From: Dendrobates tinctorius
Taxonomy: Eukaryota
Direction of reading: 5' to 3'
Assembly (NCBI RefSeq): GCF_039654945.1
Contig: NW_027361880.1
Location: 1,488,126-1,552,000, forward strand
Length of the DNA: 63,875 nt
Made by a program: the position numbers and the translations under genes. Positions 23,548-35,749 of the stretch are shown here, piece after piece. The notes beneath the pieces were generated by a model. It saw only the letters and a program-made list of their open reading frames with translations, did no database searches and was not told where the DNA came from. Numbering within the stretch: the first letter of the stretch is position 1; every line of letters starts with the position of its first letter.

Positions 23548-24944
23548 TTAACTTTACTGACAGTTAGCAAGATTGAATAGGCAATGGTGGTGGAAGCACT
23601 ACCCAAATTGGATCAATGGCAGGCAAATAATGTTGCTTTGTAATAGAAGTATGTATAAACAACAAAGATGGTGTTCTGAGTTATAAGTGCTAATCAAGGA
23701 ATAAAGAAGTCTTAGACCAAATACACATTGCACTAAGAATGAAAATAGATGATTTTAGCTTAGTCTACAAATGTTCTTTCTTTCAAAGAATGTTTCTACA
23801 AAAGATCATTTGCACTTTGCTTATTGCCTCTGATAACGTATACCGTAGCCAGGATGAAGCACATTATCTGTTAATATGGAAACAAAATGTCTGTTGTGGA
23901 GTATCAGTCTTTCACCAAAATATCTATCATTCAACAATTTTTCTTGAGGAATGACAGATCCCTGTAAAGCAAGCACAATTGGCATGTTTTTGACTTTTCT
24001 AAATGATCTTTCTATGACTATATGCATGCAAAGAGTTGAGACACCTCATTTTTTTAAATTAGGATGATCATCTTGGGTCACTTTATGCCGGATTAAAAAC
24101 ATATGTGACATGCACAAGTGTGAACAAGTCAGTAAGACAATGCTCACACCACCCAATGGCTGAAAGACAACAGAACACAAAATGACAAATTTGCAAAAAT
24201 ACTCTGCAATAAAAAGCATATATCCGTTTTTCCTTGGTAAGCATGGTTTAGGAGACCCCACCCCTCTCCTGTGTGACATGCACATAAATGAGCTGTCTTA
24301 CACCACAAGCCCATATACTAGGAGGCGCCTGTCTGTATCCTGTTCATTTAGACACTGTTCGCATGTTCAGGTTTTAAATACATTAGATAGGGACTGTTTT
24401 TAATCTGCTGTTAAAAGGTGTATCAGCGGTCATTAAGGGGTTAAAAGTACTATTAAAGATTAGATTTTATTCAAAATGCTGATATTAACTAAGTTGGATT
24501 TACCGTTGCTATATTATTGTATTACTCTTTTATTAGTCCAACTTAACAAGCATAAAAATTTCAGTGCCACAAGTTTTTTCCAGACATGTATCTTACCTAC
24601 CAATGTATCATTCTGCATTATGTACTGTATTTTTGTCTGGAGGATAATGGTATTTAAAAAAATGGTAATCGTTATACACACATTTTACATTTTTACTTAC
24701 CAGATTTAATATTAAAATTTGATAACTGTAAATCCCACAACTGCTGTATATTGAGTACTGTTGTTATTAAGTGCCTCAATTTGGGAAGGGAGAGTTAATC
24801 TGATTTAACCAAAAACCTTCTGTCATGCCCGTCATGCCTGTCATGCTGCTTGCGCTGCATGATCCCCACTGTCATGCCTGTCATGCCGCATTGTCCCCAG
24901 TGCCGGGTCCCTGCGGGCGTCCCGGGGTCACTCTCGTGTGTGCA

Positions 24945-25200
24945 CGAGCACCTCTCTGTTATGCCTGTCGTGTCTGTTATGCTGCATGACCCCTGGAGCA
25001 GTGTGCATGCACACCTAACAGTTATGCCTGTCGTGTCTGTTATGCTGCATGACAACTGGAGCAGTGTGCACACACACCTCACAGTCATGCTTGTCGTGTC
25101 TGTTCTGCTGCATGATCCTTGGAGCAGTGTGCACGTGCCCCTCACAGTTATGCTTGTCGTTTTTGTTATGCTGCATGACCCCTGGAGCAGTGTATACGCG
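24945..25200. repeat. 63-bp minisatellite, about 4 copies
   Basis: GTTATGCCTGTCGTGTCTG and variants at 24958, 25021, 25084, 25147. Confidence 0.85.
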
Positions 25201-25475
25201 CATCTCATCCCATGGCTGCCTGCCGTTGCTTGTGCTTTACCTCATGGCTATACGCCATTGCTTGTGTGCACATGTTCTTCATCCCATGGCTGTGCGTCAT
25301 CGCTAGTGTGCACGCGCACATCACCATTGCTGCATGCTGTTTCTGTGCGCATGTGTGCCTTACCTTACGGTTGCGTGCCGTTGCTGGTGCTCACACGCAT
25401 CTCCAGTGCTGGATCCTCCAGCTAGATGCCTGTGCTCGGCGCCCGAGTGCGCACTCATCTCCATGCTGCCTGTAA

Positions 25476-25598
25476 CGGTTGTAACAGAGGCTGGACAGAC
25501 ATCTGACTGGGATGATTTAGCGAATCCTGCTTTGAGCAGGGGGTTGGACCAGATGGCCCAGGAGGTCCCTTCCAACTCTACGATTCTATGATTCTATG
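25476..25598 (+). mobile_element. CR1 LINE 3' end, 5'-truncated
   Basis: GGTTGGACCAGATG...GAGGTCCCTTCCAAC...(ATTCTATG)2 tail. Confidence 0.8.
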
Positions 25599-25599
25599 G

Positions 25600-26262
25600 T
25601 TCCTCTCTATGGTCCTGGAGGGCCGAATCCAGAAATCCTCTCTATGGTCCTAGAGGACCCGACACAGTGATCCTCTCTATGGTCCTGGAGGACCAGACTC
25701 AGCAATCCTCTCTATGGTCCTTGAGAACCTGACCATGTGATCCTCTCTATGGTTCAGAAGGACCTGATCCAGCAATCCTCTCTATGGTCCTGGAGGACCA
25801 GACTCAGCAATCCTCTCTATGGTCCTTGAGAACCTGACCATGTGATCCTCTCTATGGTTCAGAAGGACCTGATCCAGCAATCCTCTCTATGGTCCTGGAG
25901 GAACTGACCATGTGATCCTCTCTATGGTTCAGAAGGACCTGATCCAGCAATCCTCTCTATGGTCCTGGAGGACCAGACTCAGCAATCCTCTCTATGGTCC
26001 TTGAGAACCTGACCATGTGATCCTCTCTATGGTTCAGAAGGACCTGATCCAGCAATCCTCTCTATGGTCCTGGAGGACCAGACTCAGCAATCCTCTCTAT
26101 GGTCCTTGAGAACCTGACCATGTGATCCTCTCTATGGTTCAGAAGGACCTGATCCAGCAATCCTCTCTATGGTCCTGGAGGAACTGACCATGTGATCCTC
26201 TCTATGGTCCTGGAGGACCTGACCCAGCGATCCGCTCTATGGTTCTGGAGGACCTGACCCGG
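25600..26262. repeat. 35-bp minisatellite with higher-order structure
   Basis: Units start TCCTCTCTATGGT; variants A, B, C, D in order ABCABCDC ABCABCD from 25671. Confidence 0.92.
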
Positions 26263-26448
26263 AAGTTCCCTTCATGGCCCTGACCCAGAACTCCAGGTGC
26301 TAATGCCCTATATCAGATCACCCCTTCCAATGGTCGGGGCCTGATTATCATTTTTGCTTCCCTGCAAGGGCTGCATGGTCCCTGCTCAATTGCTCCCTGT
26401 ATTCAGTGCCCCTGCACCCTGCCCTGTTGTGCTTCTCTGCACATGCTC

Positions 26449-27365
26449 TGTTATGATTGGGTCACCGAGGAGGAGAGCAAGCCCAAGCCAAGACACAGAA
26501 AACCAGAGCGGTTGGTAACTAAGCGGATTGCAGACCCCTGATCCTATCCACACAACTAGCAGTAGCCGTGGAGTGTGCCTACGATGATCCTAGACGCCTT
26601 GGCACAGCTGGAGTGCTAACTAAGCCTAAAGCAAGAAAGGGGAAATCTAAACCGCCCCAGAGCAGACCCCAAAGGAATAGATAGCCCCCAAACATATATT
26701 GTTGGTGAGACAAGATGAAAATACAAATGTAGGCAGTAAAATAGACTGAGCAAATGATGGGGCCCACACTGACTAGACAGGACAGGAAAGGAAAGACACT
26801 GTCTGCAATCACGCAAAAAACCCTGCAAAATAGTCCAACACGTCTGATGCAAAAAATACTGAAGTTGCATGACTTTGCCCACTATATCAGCACTCTGGTA
26901 TATTCTGAAAGCAGAGCAAAAAGAGGCCAATCTAATAAGGGACAAAAACAAACTGGCACAAGCAGTAACATATGGATAGTGATTCAGCACAACCCCAGCC
27001 GGAGCTGGCTGACCAGCACAAAACTGTGATAGACAAAACCAGATCAAATGTGAACAGAATAGCAAATGAACACTTAGCTGAACATGCAGGGACTGAGCTG
27101 GAAATTAAGACCTCAGGAGGCAGGAAGAAAATCACCAGCAGGGATAGAGGGAGTCGGCTGTCTTAAATCTCAGTCTGAAACCCCAGATCTCCAATCGTCG
27201 TCCTCATTATCAGGTGGCAAGCCTCTGTTAATCAGATGAGCTCCATTACCTCCAGTAACCACCAGAGGGAGCCCAGAAAGAGAACTCGCAACCACTCTGT
27301 CAATTTGACCAGCTCCACTACCTTCAGTAGTAACCAGAGGGAGGCCAGAAAGCGAATTCACAACA
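26449..27365. mobile_element. Solo LTR
   Basis: TGTTATG...CACAACA; TSD ATGCTC at 26443-26448 and 27366-27371. Confidence 0.8.
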
Positions 27366-28881
27366 ATGCTCTGTGCTTGTACTCTGTCTATTGTCCTGTG
27401 CCATGTCTTGTGTTTTCTTTTGTGCCATGTTTTGTCCTTGCTCTTCTTAGCCTTGTAGTACTTTCTATGTGCTTTGTCTGAACCCGGCTCTGGGCTCTAG
27501 CAAACCTTCCGCTTTGTTCTCTTGTACCTGGCTCTGTGCTTCAGCCTATGTTCCACTCTCTAGCTTTCTCCGCTCTCTAGCTTTTGTACCTTGTCTGTGC
27601 TCCTAGTGCACTTTTTGACTAGTTCCGTTATTTGTGCGCACTTGCACATTCTCCTTTTCGTACCAGGCTTCACCGTGCCGTCTTGCACACATCTTAGTCC
27701 TGTACCTTTGCCTAGCCCTGCCTTGTGGCTGCATGCCCCTTGCACGCACCTGGCCGTGCCGCTCTGGTCGTGCCCGCCTGTCTGTGCCTCAGCCGTGCTC
27801 ACTGGCCAGTGCTCTAGTGGTCTCTGCCTGTCTGTGCCTCAGCCGTGCCGCCTCGGTCGTGCCCGCCTGGCTGTGCCTCAGCCGGTACCACCTGCCGATG
27901 CCCCAGTCATGTCCTCCGTGCTCCCTTGCATGCACACAGTTTCTCACACTGTGTGTTTTCATGCTTCTCTAGCACATGTCTTTTGCTATCTTTGCTCTGT
28001 TCTCAACCTTGTCTCTCTGTCTTGTCCTGAGTACTATGTCCTTATTTTGTACCCAGCTCTGGGCTCTAGCATACACTCCGCTTCTCTTTCCTGTACCCGG
28101 CTCTGTGCTACTGCCAACGTTCCACTCTCTGTCTTGAACCCTACCCCTGGCTTGCCCCTTTGCACGCGCATGATCATGTCTTGAACCCTGACCTTGGCGT
28201 GCACCTCTGCATGCGCAGGACCATGCCTAGTACCATGCCCCTGGTGTGACCCTCTGCACACGCAAGACTATGTCTAGTACCTTGAACCTTGGTGTTTTCC
28301 CTAAACACACACCATGCCTAGTACCTTGAACCCTGGCATGTTCCCTAAACATGCACCATGCCAAGTACCTTGAACCCTGGCATGTTCCCTAAACACGCAC
28401 CATGCCTAGTATATTGAACCTTGATGTTTCCCCTAAACACGTACCATGCCTTGAACCTCGGACCATTGGCACGTTATCACCTCTGTGTCTTCGTGATTAC
28501 ATCTTGCACCTGATGGAACCCCGTGACCACGCTTTGCATACGTCTTGTACCTGATGATACCCTATGACCACGATTTGCACATCCTTGAACCCTGTCTTGT
28601 ACCTGTTGTGCCCTGCATGCACCCTTGTCATGTACCTGGCTTGCCCTCCTCACACACCCATCTCAGTCATGTCTTTTGTGAGCCGGCCATCTGGTCTCAG
28701 CAGTCATGGTGGCTTACTCCCTTGGGCTTGCGCCTGACACTCCCTGTATAGGGGTGGTCCTCACTAGGCCAGCTCACCCTAGGTGGGTGTGTGCCACGAC
28801 CCAGAGGGTCCACTCCAAGAGTTATGTCTCATCGCGCTGCGAGGTGTCACAACCCCCTAACACCTGCAAACATATTATTAC

Positions 28882-29505
28882 TAGGGATGAGCGAGTATAC
28901 TCGTCAGGATTTGGTACTCAGCGAGTAATGAGGTACTCGCGATACTTGAATCCTATCGAGTAAATTTCACTACTACTCACAATATTCGGATCTCCCACTG
29001 GCATGTGCTAGCCAATCACAGTAAAGCTGCCGCCTTCTTTGTTGTGGCATTACTGTGATTGGCTGGCCATGCAGCATCACTGTATCGCTGGAGCCCCTGG
29101 AGAGAGGTCGCATCAGCCGATGCGACTGCTCTCTATGGGAGATCCACGTGGGACACTCATTATTAATGGGATTACGGTGGAAAGGTGAGTATAGGTTGCT
29201 TTGTTATTTTAATTTTTTTACAGGTGGTCAATGGCTTCAGGGAATTAGGTGTGTGTGGTGAGTATGTACTCTATGTTATGTGTTGTATGTTATGTGTATG
29301 TACTGTTTTTTATATGTTGTATGTTCTGCATGTCTTTTTTTTTTTTACATTCACCACCACATTAGCCGGATGATGGGAATACTACTTTCCCATCATCCGC
29401 TAATGCTTTCACTGTAGCAGGCATAGCCGCATGGGACAAGTAGTCCCATCGGACGATGCCCGCACAGCCACACTGCACAGAGCCAGCAAAGCCCGCTCAT
29501 CCCTA
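28882..29505. mobile_element. hAT MITE
   Basis: TIR TAGGGATGAGCG / CGCTCATCCCTA; perfect 8-bp TSD ATTATTAC. Confidence 0.9.
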
Positions 29506-30571
29506 ATTATTACAATTAATCGAATCATTTAAGTGTTCAATTCTGTTTTGGTTTACCTGTCTAAATTGTAAAATTGAAGACTCATACAAGAGACTCCAAC
29601 ATTATGTGCAGGATGTTGTAGCATTAGAGCCTTTTTAGCTGGCTAGCAAGTCTGTTTCATTTTTTTCCAGGGTTCACTAAGTGCAGTAAAAGATATTTGA
29701 GAATACATTAAATGTAATTCTCGTGTCCAATGAAAAATCTTATACCAGGGTTAAAAATGTGTGGAGCCACTTGCAGCAGTTTTACTACAGACACTAATAG
29801 TAGGAACCATATTGCTAGTAGTAGTACCAAACGCAGGTCACAAGTGGCTTCCTTTTCCTCTGGAAAGTGTAACAGTGGCTAGGACGTAAAAAAAACATAA
29901 TAGAATATACTGTATGTCACATTACTTGTCTCGGTCACAGCAGGATGGTTCAGCTTCTGACAGTGACACCATCAGCTTGAGTCAGTGATTGGCTCAGTCC
30001 ACCTCATCCATTGTCATAACATTTAATTTTGTGATAATGGAATTTTTATTACGTCAATGACAGTACTTTCTGCTCTGTCCCACAGTTCCCTAATCCACAG
30101 CACCACATAGGTTAAAGAAGGTACTATAACAGAAATAACTTTTTCCAGTTGATTTATTGCAAAAGATGAACAGTCAGCCTTTGTACTCTGAGGAGACAGA
30201 GGACTCGAATCTTATGGAGACCTTGATTCTAATGCTAACCTGTGATGCTGGTTTACAGCCATGGTGTTAGGAGCAGTGGCAATGGCAGTATCACTATGAG
30301 CTAGAGCAAATTTGAGGTCTGAATCATCAGTCACAAGAGGCAAACATATCCTCAGAAGCCACAGTAACAGGTTCTCTATAATACTTTCCAGTTATCACAT
30401 GCCAAAAAGAGGGATTATCATAGCCTAAGATCCTAAGTAAGCATTGCAGCAGCTATTTAAAAAGTGATTTTAAAGTAATGAGAGTATGTTCTAGCTCACA
30501 GTTCAGCAGCAGAGAGAGAAAAAGAACACCTTAAAACACTGGGCAAATATTCCAGACAATAACTTGAATAA

Positions 30572-31030
30572 GGCTGGTTTCACATTGGCGTTTTGTTGCG
30601 CAGCGTTTGCAGCGCATACGTGCGCATGCATCATGCGCCCCTATCTTTAACATGGGGGCACATGGTCTTGCGTTTGCACGCGTTCGTATGCATTTTCGTG
30701 TGCATGCACTTTTTCAAAGTGTGCGCCTTTGCGATCCAGACGCAACCTGTTGCATTTCTGGGTGCGCCGAAATGTGTCAAAAAACGGAATGCGACATAGT
30801 AGCGCATTACAGTCTACAAGAACACAGGCGTGCGCATGGACATGCGTTCGTCTGCGTTTTCGTGAGCATGCCTTTTTGCTGTAAAAATGTGTAGACACTG
30901 GTTTTAACCCCTAAAGGACAAATGCACCTAAAAAACACAACCGCATGCAAAAACGCATGATCCGTTTTTTTGCATGCGTTTCTATTGCGCACGATGCGCT
31001 GCGCCACAAAACGCCAATGTGAAACCAGCC
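30572..31030. mobile_element. PIF/Harbinger-type MITE inserted after the duplication
   Basis: TIR GGCTGGTTTCACATTGGCGTTTTG; flanks TAA/TTA; empty site GAATAACTTCAGC in copy 1 (~19718). Confidence 0.9.
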
Positions 31031-32691
31031 TTACTTCAGCAGTGAAAAACATGAGAGAAATAATACAGAGATTCAATTTATAGGGGGGGAGAGAGATGGA
31101 AGTACCAGGAGCACTAGTGTCAGAGTCAATGTGACTGATCAGTGCTATGGTGCAGCTAGCATCTGTCCCACTGCATTTGAATTACAATTGCACATTTTGT
31201 AGTCATTCTTAATGCAACAAAAAAACAAAAAGTAAGACAGCTCTATAGTTTTTACAGTAAAAAAAATTGAAATCCGTGTTTGATTGTGTTTTCTTGTCAC
31301 AAGTGATTCTAGTCACTTTTTGTATTTCTTGTGCAATTATTTTTGTCAAGAAGGGAAATATTATTTTTTGGGAATACAAAATAAAGCAACCCTAATTCCA
31401 AAAATTTAATTGTCCAGTTAAAGGTGTGAGCGTTGCAAATCATATTTTTACACTTCTGTTTTCCTGCCCAAATATTACATTCATAAGCAACACATTAATA
31501 TAGTGCACTGTACTGGACCTCTTGTCACATTTTGCATTCTCTAATTGTACCTTTGAAGCTGAATAAATGGGGTTGAAAAGATTGTCAAAAGTTAACTATA
31601 GTGTTGTACAATATGTACGGTTAAAGCAAACAGTAGCATGATAAATAGATGGTAATGTAAAAGATTTAAAAAAATACAATGGCTTACAATATGGGAGCAA
31701 CTAACAGCCACAGAGGCACTGCCACAACCACTGGCACCAGCCACATCAATGGTATTTCAAAACACAGACCACAGATAGCGTAATTTGACTACCAAAAGCA
31801 TATCAAAGTAGAAGAAGTAGACAGGTCATGGTATATATGGCATATCACATATTTCAGTCGTAGCAGGATGTTACCTCTGATAGCGACACCATCTGTTTGA
31901 GTTACTGTTGTACACAGTAAATTCTATTCCATCACAAATGACTTAAAAAAATATTTTTGGACCATATTTTTATTTTGAAAAAATCTACCAGTAGGTTATG
32001 TATTTAAATGGGTTTCTGTTTACTATCAAGTTACCTGTCTTGTTTCTATGGTGAGTTCATTTTGATGCCATTAAGGCTATGATTACATTGAAGAGATTGA
32101 TATGGGTTGAATACAGCTCCAGGAGACCTCAGAGTGTTACACACATTTTTTCAGAGTAATTGGAGTAGCTGCGATTTGTCGCAAATTGTTTCAAAGCAAA
32201 TCACATTTTGGGAAAAAATTGGCTAACTTTGCGAATTTGAATTTCAAAAGATTTGATAATTTCTAGTGGTTACACCAAACACTGATTTGATTTAAATACC
32301 TCTATTGTTCCTTCACTTTGCACAGTCCTGTATGTGAATATTGTGGTTAATGTAGGATCAGTGTAGATTTTTGCAATCCCTTTAATTAATATGGGATGAT
32401 TTGTAGCCACATAAAAATATACATTATGTCCCCTTTTATGTTTTGCCATATAACAATATATTAGCATAGTTTAAACTTATAAAATTTACTTTGCAATAGA
32501 CATGGCAACAATAAGAAAAAACACAAAAATTGAGCTTAGTTTAAGTTGGTATACTGTATATGCTGCACATAAACACATGTTCACATTGGCCATAAAGCAT
32601 ACTTTTTTTTGTAGGTTTTGTATGGTAACAATAAGGCAGTAAATAAATTAGAGACTTTTCAGGTCCTTGAATAGATGATCAACAGACAGAC

Positions 32692-32724
<33 letters not shown>

Positions 32725-32798
32725 CATATTTAGGTGTTTTACTTTACTTTTACTTTATTGTCATGTAATCACTGAAGAGAAACCGATATCTAAGAAAT

Positions 32799-33728
32799 TA
32801 TTATTATTATTATTATTATTAATATTTAATATATTTATATAGCACCATTGATTCCATGGTGCTGTACATGAGAAGGGGTTACATACAAATTACAGATATC
32901 ACTTACAGTAAACAAACTAATGATCACAGACTGATACAGAGGGGAGAGGACCCTGCCCTTTCGGGCTCACATTCTACAGGATGGTGGGGAAGGAGACAGT
33001 AGGTTGGGGGGTTGCAGCAGCTCCAGTGATGGTGAGGCGGTGGCTCCAGTAGTGGTGAAGGGGCAGCGGAGATCATTGCAGGCTATAGGCTTTCCTGAAG
33101 AGATGGGTTTTCAGGTTCCGTCTGAAGGATCCGAGTATGGTTGATAGCCGGACGTGTTAGGGCAAAGAATTACAGAGGATGGGGGCTATTCGGGAGAAGT
33201 CTTGGAGACGGTTGAGTGAGGAGCGAATAAGTGTGGAGGAGAGAAGGAGGTCTTGGGATGACAGGAGATTACGTGAGGGAAGGTATCAGGAGATTAGCTC
33301 AGAGACATATGGGGGAGACAGGTTATAGATGGCCTTGTAGGTCAGTATTAGTAATTTGAACTGGATACGCTGAGGGAATGGGAGTCAGTGAAGAGATTTG
33401 CAGAGGGGAGAAGCGGAGGAGTAGCGAGAAGAGAGATGAATTAGTTGGGCAGCAGAGATAAGGATGGACTGGAGAGGTGCGAGGGTGTTAGCAGGGAGGC
33501 CACAGAAAAGGATGTTGCAGTAGTCGAGACGGGAGATGATGAGGGCACGCACAAGCATTTTAGTAGAGTGAGGGTTGATGAAGGGACGGATTCTGGAAAC
33601 ATTTTTGAGCTGGAGGCAGCAGGAAATAGAGAGAGCTTGAATGTGCGGTTTGAAGGACAGGGCAGAGTCAAGGGTTATTCCAAGGCAGCGGACCTCAGGT
33701 ACAGGGGAAAGCGTGATGTCGTCGATTG
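32799..33728 (-). mobile_element. L2 LINE 3' fragment just downstream of OR3
   Basis: (TAA)n tail; RT C-terminal-like peptide SRLDYCN...LHWLP...IQFK; TSD TAAGAAAT at 32791-32798 and 33729-33736; absent from copy 1. Confidence 0.85.
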
Positions 33729-33778
33729 TAAGAAATATTTTAGTTTGACAAAATATGGCACATATTTAAACATGATCA

Positions 33779-34714
33779 CTAGAAATGTCTTTGCATTACA
33801 TACTTTTTAAAATATTTTTGGAATGCTCCTTGAATGTCTTTATTTCTCAAACTGTATATTAGGTGGTTTAAGAGAGGTGTAAAGCTTGTGTAGAACAGAG
33901 ACAAAAAACATTCCTTATCAGCAAACGCCTTAGATTTGGGGCGGAAATACATAAAACTGCCACTTCCATAAAATAGCATTACCACAATAAGATGGGACCC
34001 ACATGTTGACAAACCCTTCATTCTCCCACATCCTTTTGGAATACTAAGGACTGAAATCAAAATTTGTATGTAAGATCCGAATATCATTAAGAAGCAGCCA
34101 AGCATTAGAAAGCCCCCCACTGCAAAAACAGTAGCCTCATTTGGAAGTGTATCAATACAAGAAATCTTTAACAAAGGTGGGATATCACAGAAGTAATGGT
34201 TGAGAATATTGGAACCACAAAGAGGCAATCTAAACGTGTTGGCAGTATGAATTGCTCCATAAACGCTCCCAATCACCCACGTCCCAGAAACCATATAAAG
34301 GCAAACTTCTTTACTCATGATGACTGAATACCTCAATGGATTACATATAGCAACGTAACGATCATAAGCCATTGCGGCCAGTAAAGAAGACTCAGAGGCT
34401 GCTAATGAGAGGAAAACAAAAAGCTGGATAATACATGCAGTTAAGGAAATAGCTAATTGCTCCATTATTAAATTGAGAAGCATTTGGGGTAGTGTTGTAG
34501 AGGTGTAGCAGATGTCTAAAAATGCCAAATTTCTAAGCAAGAAGTACATTGGTGCCTGAAGACGATGATCCATTTTTGTGAGGACAATTATAAGAATATT
34601 ACCTATTACTGTGACAAGGTATATCATCAAGAACAAAGCAAAGTACAAGTTCTTGAATTTCATGCCGGCAAAGGCGTAGAGGTAGAAGACTTTTATATCT
34701 GTGCCATTCCTCAT
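33779..34714 (-). CDS. Olfactory receptor OR3 (paralog of OR2), 311 aa, TM7 NPxxY changed to NHLIY
   Basis: OR motifs as in OR2; true ATG at 34714 (the track's 34735 start is a TTG); about 19 aa differences from OR2 by eye. Confidence 0.9.
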   Translation of the reverse strand: MRNGTDIKVFYLYAFAGMKFKNLYFALFLMIYLVTVIGNILIIVLTKMDHRLQAPMYFLLRNLAFLDICYTSTTLPQMLLNLIMEQLAISLTACIIQLFVFLSLAASESSLLAAMAYDRYVAICNPLRYSVIMSKEVCLYMVSGTWVIGSVYGAIHTANTFRLPLCGSNILNHYFCDIPPLLKISCIDTLPNEATVFAVGGFLMLGCFLMIFGSYIQILISVLSIPKGCGRMKGLSTCGSHLIVVMLFYGSGSFMYFRPKSKAFADKECFLSLFYTSFTPLLNHLIYSLRNKDIQGAFQKYFKKYVMQRHF

Positions 34715-35421
34715 AATTGTTAGTATCTCAGGCAAATGAATAATTTGTTAAAGACATTTCATGGTGTGTATCCATCAGTCCCCTAGATTTAAGTAACTGG
34801 AACTGAATTAACATTGAACATGTTCAAGTAATAAATGAAATCTATCTTGCATGTTCTCCATTCCTAAGAGTGCTTTAAATTGAACCTATTGCTCAAACCA
34901 TATTTTAAAATCCTAAAATGAATGTGATTACATTCAAGTACCAGAATGTAAAGCGATAGGACTGATGCCTCTACTTATTTGTGCTGTACCCCTGACAATT
35001 CAATTTTCCACATCTAGTTCTTTTCCCAAGAGATTTGAGAACATACCTTCTATGACTAATGTACAGTATTATGGATAGAAATAGAAAGTGTTATTGAAAA
35101 TATTTTATCTTTCTGTTAAAACAGAAAATGTCATGACTCTACCCTAGGAAGAATTCAAAAAGAGAGGATACTGATTGAAACTTTCCTAAATCTGATACTT
35201 GCTTTGTATTTCTTTCATTTTTGTTTTTTTTTTTAGAAACCTTTGAATAAATAGCGTGAAAAACATTTTTCAGTATACCAATTTTTTTATGGAAATTAAT
35301 CATGCAGTATGTTATGTGAATAGTGAAACAAAAAAATTATAATGAGCTGTACAAACTGCTCAATAAAAACTGACTTTTTTTACGTTAGAAAAACTCCACT
35401 ATGTTAACATACTATCCTTAA

Positions 35422-35749
35422 ATGGGTTGTGTGGTTAAAACAAGTAGTCACCTCTTTGATCACTGGGATTCACACCAGAAGAATGGGGAATTTTATCCGA
35501 AAAGAGGGCAACTTTATCCTCATTACAAAATGGAGCGGTGGGTTGGATGCCCAAAAAAAGCCAAGGGCAACACTCGTCGTCCGCATAGAAAATGAATGGC
35601 GGGGCAGTCAACATACATACTGCCATTCCATCCTATCAAGGATATAAGTACCCATCCTTGAGTGGCCCAGCAGAATGACCCCTGCCAGTCTACAAGTTAT
35701 TTCCTATCATTTGGAACAGGTACTAACTTGTTTTCACCAGATAACTACT
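35422..35749. mobile_element. Kolobok/T2-type MITE (duplicate copy)
   Basis: Paralog of 23219-23547 with TTAA flanks. Confidence 0.6.

Larger units (their letters stand above)
18965..24089. repeat. Tandem segmental duplication, copy 1 (contains OR2)
   Basis: 18965-19130 matches 24505-24665, and 19561-24089 matches 30408-36286. Confidence 0.9.
24821..28851. mobile_element. Large LTR-like composite element containing minisatellites and nested insertions
   Basis: TGTCA...TGTCACA ends; shares an LTR motif with 6102-6900; no TSD resolved. Confidence 0.45.

Noticed and set aside
24795-25425. Overlapping 137-191 aa repetitive ORFs
   Set aside because: Produced by a 63-bp minisatellite, whose period is a multiple of 3
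25600-26262. CRISPR-like repeat-spacer appearance
   Set aside because: The variable parts are homologous and recur periodically; eukaryotic context; no cas genes
34715-34735. N-terminal extension MPEILTI of OR3
   Set aside because: Starts at TTG, and the paralogous OR2 region has a 1-bp indel there; the ATG at 34714 is preferred
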